The translations under genes and the position numbers were made by a program. The notes beneath the pieces are model-generated. The model did no database searches. It was not told the DNA's origin and saw only the letters and a program-made list of their open reading frames with translations. From Hyphochytrium catenoides (taxonomy: Eukaryota; Protista; Hyphochytriomycota), in the NCBI GenBank assembly GCA_900088475.1, contig FLMG01000245.1:1-46584 (forward strand): a stretch of DNA of 46,584 nt, given 5' to 3'. Position 1 is the stretch's first letter, and each line of letters opens with the position of its first letter. Shown piece by piece: positions 46,151-46,584 of this stretch.

Positions 46151-46584
46151 TGTGTGACCACGCCCCGGCCACTCTACTGGGCTCCGCCTTCACCAGTGAG
46201 CGAGGTCCCCAGGGCTGTCTTCCTCTTACCGCATCGCCCGCTTTCTAGGGACAAACCCAGCCCAGCTTCTTGTGGCTTCTCGCGAAGTGAAAGACCCCAG
46301 TCAGGGAATCTAACTTTCACTGTCGTTGCAGGAGAAGACGCCACCGCAAGAAGCGGGACCAGCCTGCACTTCATCGCAATACATGATGAGCCTCACGTGT
46401 TATCGGCAGGAAGCCAGTTCTATCCTTCAATTGCAGATGATGCAGCTTCGCAACAAGGAAGTAGAACTAGAAGACAAACCAAAACTGCAAGCAAAAAGAG
46501 GAGATGACGCTCTCTCCACTGTTAGAAGAGAGAAGTAACGCTATGGTGGAGCGCCAAAAAGCTCAAGACCAAAGCTTAGGCTCC

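Noticed and set aside
44849-46157. Plus-strand ORFs overlapping the LRR gene
   Set aside because: Antisense shadows of repetitive LRR codons.

Overview
Eukaryotic nuclear DNA: gene-dense, roughly 50% GC, with many short GT-AG introns and the standard genetic code. It is probably a stramenopile, inferred from an oomycete-type MIT-domain chitin synthase. About 17 intact genes are supported: a membrane-anchored GH17 glucanase, DNAJC7, CtIP/SAE2, an intronless SET protein, a conserved hypothetical, UPF0652/DUF2009 (spanning an assembly gap), TFIP11, a large tandem-AAA ATPase, chitin synthase, a DHHC palmitoyltransferase, GRHPR, an ankyrin protein, two orphan genes, CNOT9/Rcd1, a MacroD-type macrodomain protein and a myristoylated RI-like LRR protein. 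The most notable observations are (i) an intron-rich double-AAA ATPase resembling the bacterial Afp15/Pvc15 family, with a degenerate second Walker B; (ii) a possible antisense gene interleaved head-to-head with DNAJC7; (iii) stop-interrupted 'ghost' reading frames, some with splice signals, in many intergenic gaps; and (iv) many short tandem duplications. No rRNA, tRNA, CRISPR array or recognisable transposon was seen. All exon structures were inferred by eye and no searches were run.
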